Shown here piece by piece: positions 60,984 to 64,000 of a stretch of DNA of 64,000 nt. The DNA is from a virus (lineage: Duplodnaviria; Caudoviricetes), in IMG/VR virus record IMGVR_UViG_3300021400_000347, positions 32,001 to 96,000 of that record; one strand, given 5' to 3'. Made by a program: the position numbers and the translations under genes. The notes below the pieces were generated by a model. That model had not been told where the DNA came from. It saw nothing but the letters and a program-made list of their open reading frames with translations, and made no database searches. The stretch's first letter is position 1. Each line of letters opens with the position of its first letter.

Positions 60984-61681
60984 TACTTTAACACATTAAA
61001 GTGCTAAAGTAGATCGATTGTTAAACTTATAACAATACTCCGCCCATTGTTAAACTTCGGGCCGGTCGTTACCGTAGATCGATTGTTAAACTTTTAACAA
61101 TCCTCCACTGTAGATCGATTGTTAAACTTTTAACAATCTAACTCGGGGCCCACTTTAGCGCGTTAAAGTGATAAAGTCCGTCACTTGTTAAACATCAGGC
61201 CAGTTAGTTATAACTAACTTGATACTGTAGATCGATTGTTAAACTTTTAACAATCGGGCCGACCGGCCAGGATCGATTGTTAAACTTTTAACAATCTTCC
61301 GCGCAGGCGTTCCGGGCCAGTTAGTCATAACTAACTTGAACCTTAAAAAAGGTTCTCCTCCACCGTCTTTATTATAGCGGATAAAGTCAAGTTTGTCAAG
61401 GGGTTTTTGAAAATTTTTTTTAGTTAGTTATGACTAACTAAAACGGGCCCGAGATTGTTAAACTTTTAACAAACTTTAGCGCGCTAAAGTACAGGCCAGT
61501 TAGTTCAGACTAACTAACTCGTGGAGATCGATTGTTAAACTTTTAACAATCTCCGGGCCGGTTAGTTATAACTAACTTGAAGGGGGGCTTTTACTTTAAC
61601 GCGTTAAAGCGTTAAATAATCGGTCGCGCTCTTGTCATCGGTGTTTAAGGGGGAGCAAGATTGTTAAACTTTTAACAATCC
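60984..61681. repeat. Interspersed array of three palindrome families (Rex-like, HisR/YerC-like, GTTAG-N6-CTAAC)
   Basis: TTGTTAAACTTTTAACAA x8 (one with a mismatch), ACTTTA-N6-TAAAG x4 and GTTAG-N6-CTAAC x5. Confidence 0.92.
61371..61399 (-). promoter_or_regulatory. sigma-A promoter inside palindrome array, no downstream ORF
   Basis: TTGACA-17-TATAAT. Confidence 0.75.
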
Positions 61682-61759
61682 TCCACCCGTCGCAAAGCAA
61701 GGCAGGGTGCGGGTTTCACGGGCCGGCCAGAGCAAGGAAAAGAGCGCCTTTCGGCGCCC

Positions 61760-61951
61760 TTACTCCCAGTCCTCCCGCCACACCTTGCCGTCCTCGTGGC
61801 ACCGGATGAACATCCCTTCCTCGTGGTAGCACTCGCTTTTGTCATGCATGCGGCAGTAGGTTTCCGCTTCTTCGAAGGTGTCGAAGGTCTCTTCGATGTC
61901 CTCATCGTAGCCGCCGTTGTAGTAGGAGATGACTTCGTAGAAATTCTTCAT
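61760..61951 (-). CDS. Small acidic early protein
   Basis: Own promoter (62002-62030), GAAAGGAAG RBS, terminator hairpin at the stop. Confidence 0.75.
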   Translation of the reverse strand: MKNFYEVISYYNGGYDEDIEETFDTFEEAETYCRMHDKSECYHEEGMFIRCHEDGKVWREDWE

Positions 61952-62094
61952 TGTTCTTTCTTCCTTTCTTGTGGTGGGCTCTTGTCCCTTTCCACGGTCT
62001 TATAATAGCATACTTTTGCCGGTTTGTCAAGCACTTTTTTTATCTTAAGCAAACTTTTTTTTGCTTGTCATCCAAGAGAGGAAAGAGGACTTTT

Positions 62095-62334
62095 TCAGTC
62101 CTCTTCCTCCTCCGCCCACGCTTCTTCTTCGGTATACTCCGCAAGGACTTCATCCATATACAGGAGCGCAACGCGCGTCACGCAATCGCCCACGGCTTCC
62201 AGAGAGGACTCGTAGTCTTTCACCGCTTCGTCCCACTCTTCGGGGGTGTACCATTCAGTCTCCACCTCGCCGTCCGTATAGTCAGTTTCCACTATCACGG
62301 TCAGACCAGACATCATGTTTTCGGGCTTCTTCAT
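62095..62334 (-). CDS. Small very acidic early protein
   Basis: 79 aa, GGAGG RBS, own promoter and terminator. Confidence 0.75.
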   Translation of the reverse strand: MKKPENMMSGLTVIVETDYTDGEVETEWYTPEEWDEAVKDYESSLEAVGDCVTRVALLYMDEVLAEYTEEEAWAEEEED

Positions 62335-62478
62335 TGTTTTGTTCCTCCACTCTTTTTTGTTTTGTGGCTTTCCCTTTCCACGGTCTTATAGTAGCACATT
62401 TCGGCCGGTTTGTCAAGTGTTTTTTTCATCCTCCACAAACTTTTTTTTAGTGGAGGGGAAGAGGGCTTTTCAGCCCTC

Positions 62479-62628
62479 TTAATCGTCTCGCCGCTCCACG
62501 CGGAGGAACTTTTCCCCAAACAGTTTAGCCATCCGCTCGCCGTCCGCCATAGCGGCCTCTTCCGTGGGGTATGCGGTGCAGACGAAGGCGTTGGTCAGGA
62601 TGATGAAGTAGCGAACCCTTTTAGTCAT
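62479..62628 (-). CDS. Small early protein (49 aa, MTKRVRYF...)
   Basis: AAGGAGG RBS, own promoter and terminator. Confidence 0.7.
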   Translation of the reverse strand: MTKRVRYFIILTNAFVCTAYPTEEAAMADGERMAKLFGEKFLRVERRDD

Positions 62629-62747
62629 TGTTTTTTCCTCCTTCTTCTCTGTGGTGGCTTTCCCTTTCCACGGTCTTATAATAGCACAGATCAACCGGTT
62701 TGTCAAGTACTTTTTTCAAGATTGAACAACTTTTTTTATGCCATATA

Positions 62748-63090
62748 ACACAGCATACAGCACAGCACACAGAACACACACAGCACAGCAAACAGGTACA
62801 CAGCACAGAGATACACACAGCACAGCACACAGAGCACACAACACAGCACGCACACAGCACACAGGTACACGCACAGCACACACACACAGAGCACAGCACA
62901 CACACAGAGCACACACAGAGCACAGCACAGAGATACACACACAGCACAGAGCACAGCACACAGGTACAGTATAGCACACAGGTACACAGCACACACAGCA
63001 CACAGATACACACAGAGCACACACACAGCACACAGATACACAGCACAGCACACAGGTACAGTACACAGGTACACCACACAGCACAGCACA
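62748..63090. repeat. Low-complexity CACAG/CACACAG tract (TG-rich on minus strand)
   Basis: Irregular tandem units cacag, cacacag, gtacacag and gatacacacag. Confidence 0.95.
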
Positions 63091-63132
63091 ACAATAGTAC
63101 CATATATAAAAGGCACCTTTTCCACCATCCTT

Positions 63133-63161
63133 ATTATACAGGATAAAAGTCAAGTTGTCAA
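63133..63161 (-). promoter_or_regulatory. sigma-A promoter firing into the TG-rich tract
   Basis: TTGACA-17-TATAAT. Confidence 0.75.
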
Positions 63162-63201
63162 TAGGTTTTTTAAAAATAATCAAAAAAAAGAGGATGGGCA
63201 T

Positions 63202-63549
63202 TTATTCGCCCATCCACATCTGTACCACTTCCATACCGCCAAATCCCGCATAGCGCGCCTCTACAATCATATCGTCCTTTACGCTTGCGCTATAGTTATC
63301 AAACATAATCATTGACACGAAATCGCCCACGGTGTAATCTTCCACGCCTTCCATAATCCACACCATACCAGCGGCGTCCACCATAACCACGATATCCTCT
63401 TCCACGCTGATCTCGGTGATGATTGCCATATGGGAGTAAAGGTGATTATAGTCAAGAGTCACATCAGGGAGAAACACAGTAGCGGACGCGGTGGAGATGG
63501 TCAGGATGGCAATCAGGGCGAGGGTCAGGGCAATCAGCTTTTTCATCAT
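63202..63549 (-). CDS. Exported/membrane-targeted small protein with signal peptide
   Basis: MKKLIALTLALIAILTISTASA signal peptide, GAAAGGA RBS, promoter at 63603-63631. Confidence 0.75.
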   Translation of the reverse strand: MMKKLIALTLALIAILTISTASATVFLPDVTLDYNHLYSHMAIITEISVEEDIVVMVDAAGMVWIMEGVEDYTVGDFVSMIMFDNYSASVKDDMIVEARYAGFGGMEVVQMWMGE

Positions 63550-63602
63550 TGTTTCAAGTCCTTTCCGGTTTTAAGGGTTTTCCTTCCCTTCTTGACAAGT
63601 CA

Positions 63603-63682
63603 ATTATAGCATATGGAAACCGGTTTGTCAATAGGTTTTTATCCACAAAATGAATCTGTGGATAACTTTTTTCTGTGGATAA
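63603..63682 (-). promoter_or_regulatory. sigma-A promoter with three DnaA boxes just upstream
   Basis: TTGACA-17-TATAAT (63603-63631). TTATCCACA at 63639, TGTGGATAA at 63657 and 63674. Confidence 0.85.
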
Positions 63683-63823
63683 CTTTTGCGCTCCTCCACC
63701 CGTGAAAACATAGACGTAGTGCGGCTTTCCAGACGCGCGCAAACATAGGCACAGTGCGGCCGGGCCGGCCACCACAGCAAAATAATAGAGACCCTTAAAA
63801 AAAGGGTCTCCTCCACCGTCCTT

Positions 63824-63902
63824 ATTATAGCGCCTTTTTGTCAATCTGTCAAGGGGTATTTATCCACAAAATTAATCTGTGGATAACTTTTCCTGTGGAT
63901 AA
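63824..63902 (-). promoter_or_regulatory. sigma-A promoter with three DnaA boxes just upstream
   Basis: TTGACA-17-TATAAT (63824-63852). TTATCCACA at 63860, TGTGGATAA at 63878 and 63894. Confidence 0.85.
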
Positions 63903-63915
63903 CTTTTAGCGCAAA

Positions 63916-63976
63916 AGTTAGTTATAACTAACCATATTACTTTAACAGGCTAAAGTTTGTTAAACTTTTAACAATC
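63916..63976. repeat. Start of a second operator-like cluster (one copy of each palindrome family)
   Basis: AGTTAGTTATAACTAACC (63916), TACTTTAACAGGCTAAAGTT (63938) and TTGTTAAACTTTTAACAA (63957). Confidence 0.85.
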
Positions 63977-64000
63977 TTGCGCGCGCAAAAGAAAAGGGCG

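Larger units (their letters stand above)
62002..62706 (-). promoter_or_regulatory. Three copies of a promoter-leader repeat (62002-62030, 62388-62416, 62678-62706)
   Basis: TTGACAAACCGG-N-TGCTA(T/C)TATAAGACCGTGGAAAGGGA with 17-bp spacers. Confidence 0.85.

Noticed and set aside
60547-60999. 150-aa plus-strand ORF
   Set aside because: No RBS, homopolymer-driven composition, and it lies in a regulatory region.
61381-61400. CtsR heptad repeat or CodY box near promoters
   Set aside because: The GTCAA repeat period is 8-9 bp rather than 10, and CodY-like matches are weak in AT-rich DNA.
61010-61681. CRISPR array
   Set aside because: Spacing is irregular (about 18-160 bp between copies), the intervening DNA consists of other repeats rather than unique spacers, and no cas genes are present.
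62621-63201. Cys/Val-rich and His/Thr-rich ORFs across the CA tract
   Set aside because: Nearly all frames are open because of low complexity and the repeat is not triplet-periodic. The ATG at 63103 has only a weak RBS, so coding is not fully excluded.
1-64000. Suppressor tRNA, release factor, integrase, lysis genes or DGR reverse transcriptase
   Set aside because: None recognised by eye in this window. They may lie elsewhere in the genome, and a tRNA scan was not possible.

Overview
64 kb of a large tailed phage, probably a siphovirus of an anaerobic Firmicutes/Clostridia host, that reads TAG as Gln (code-15-like), which is why the supplied ORF track is fragmented. From 1 to 24.7 kb (+) is a replication and nucleotide-metabolism module: type IIA topoisomerase B and A split by an AT-rich nuclease/methyltransferase pair, SSB, Sak4-like ATPase, helicase, primase, RecJ, DnaE, NrdH/NrdD/NrdG, a membrane-anchored GIY-YIG nuclease, dUTPase and RuvC. 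From 24.7 to 60.5 kb (-) is the morphogenesis operon: terminase, portal, protease-scaffold, capsid, neck genes, two tail-tube paralogues, a ~4,800-aa tape measure, Dit-like and Tal/fibre genes. The last 3.5 kb is mostly non-coding. It holds seven strong sigma-A promoters, short promoter-gene-terminator cassettes, a 350-bp CA/TG low-complexity tract and a dense array of palindromes. These palindromes resemble host transcription-factor operators: nine clostridial-type Rex boxes, five HisR/YerC-like boxes, six copies of an unassigned palindrome and six perfect DnaA boxes. This candidate operator-decoy or host-state-sensing array is the most novel element. Gene calls were made by manual translation and motif recall with no database searches.
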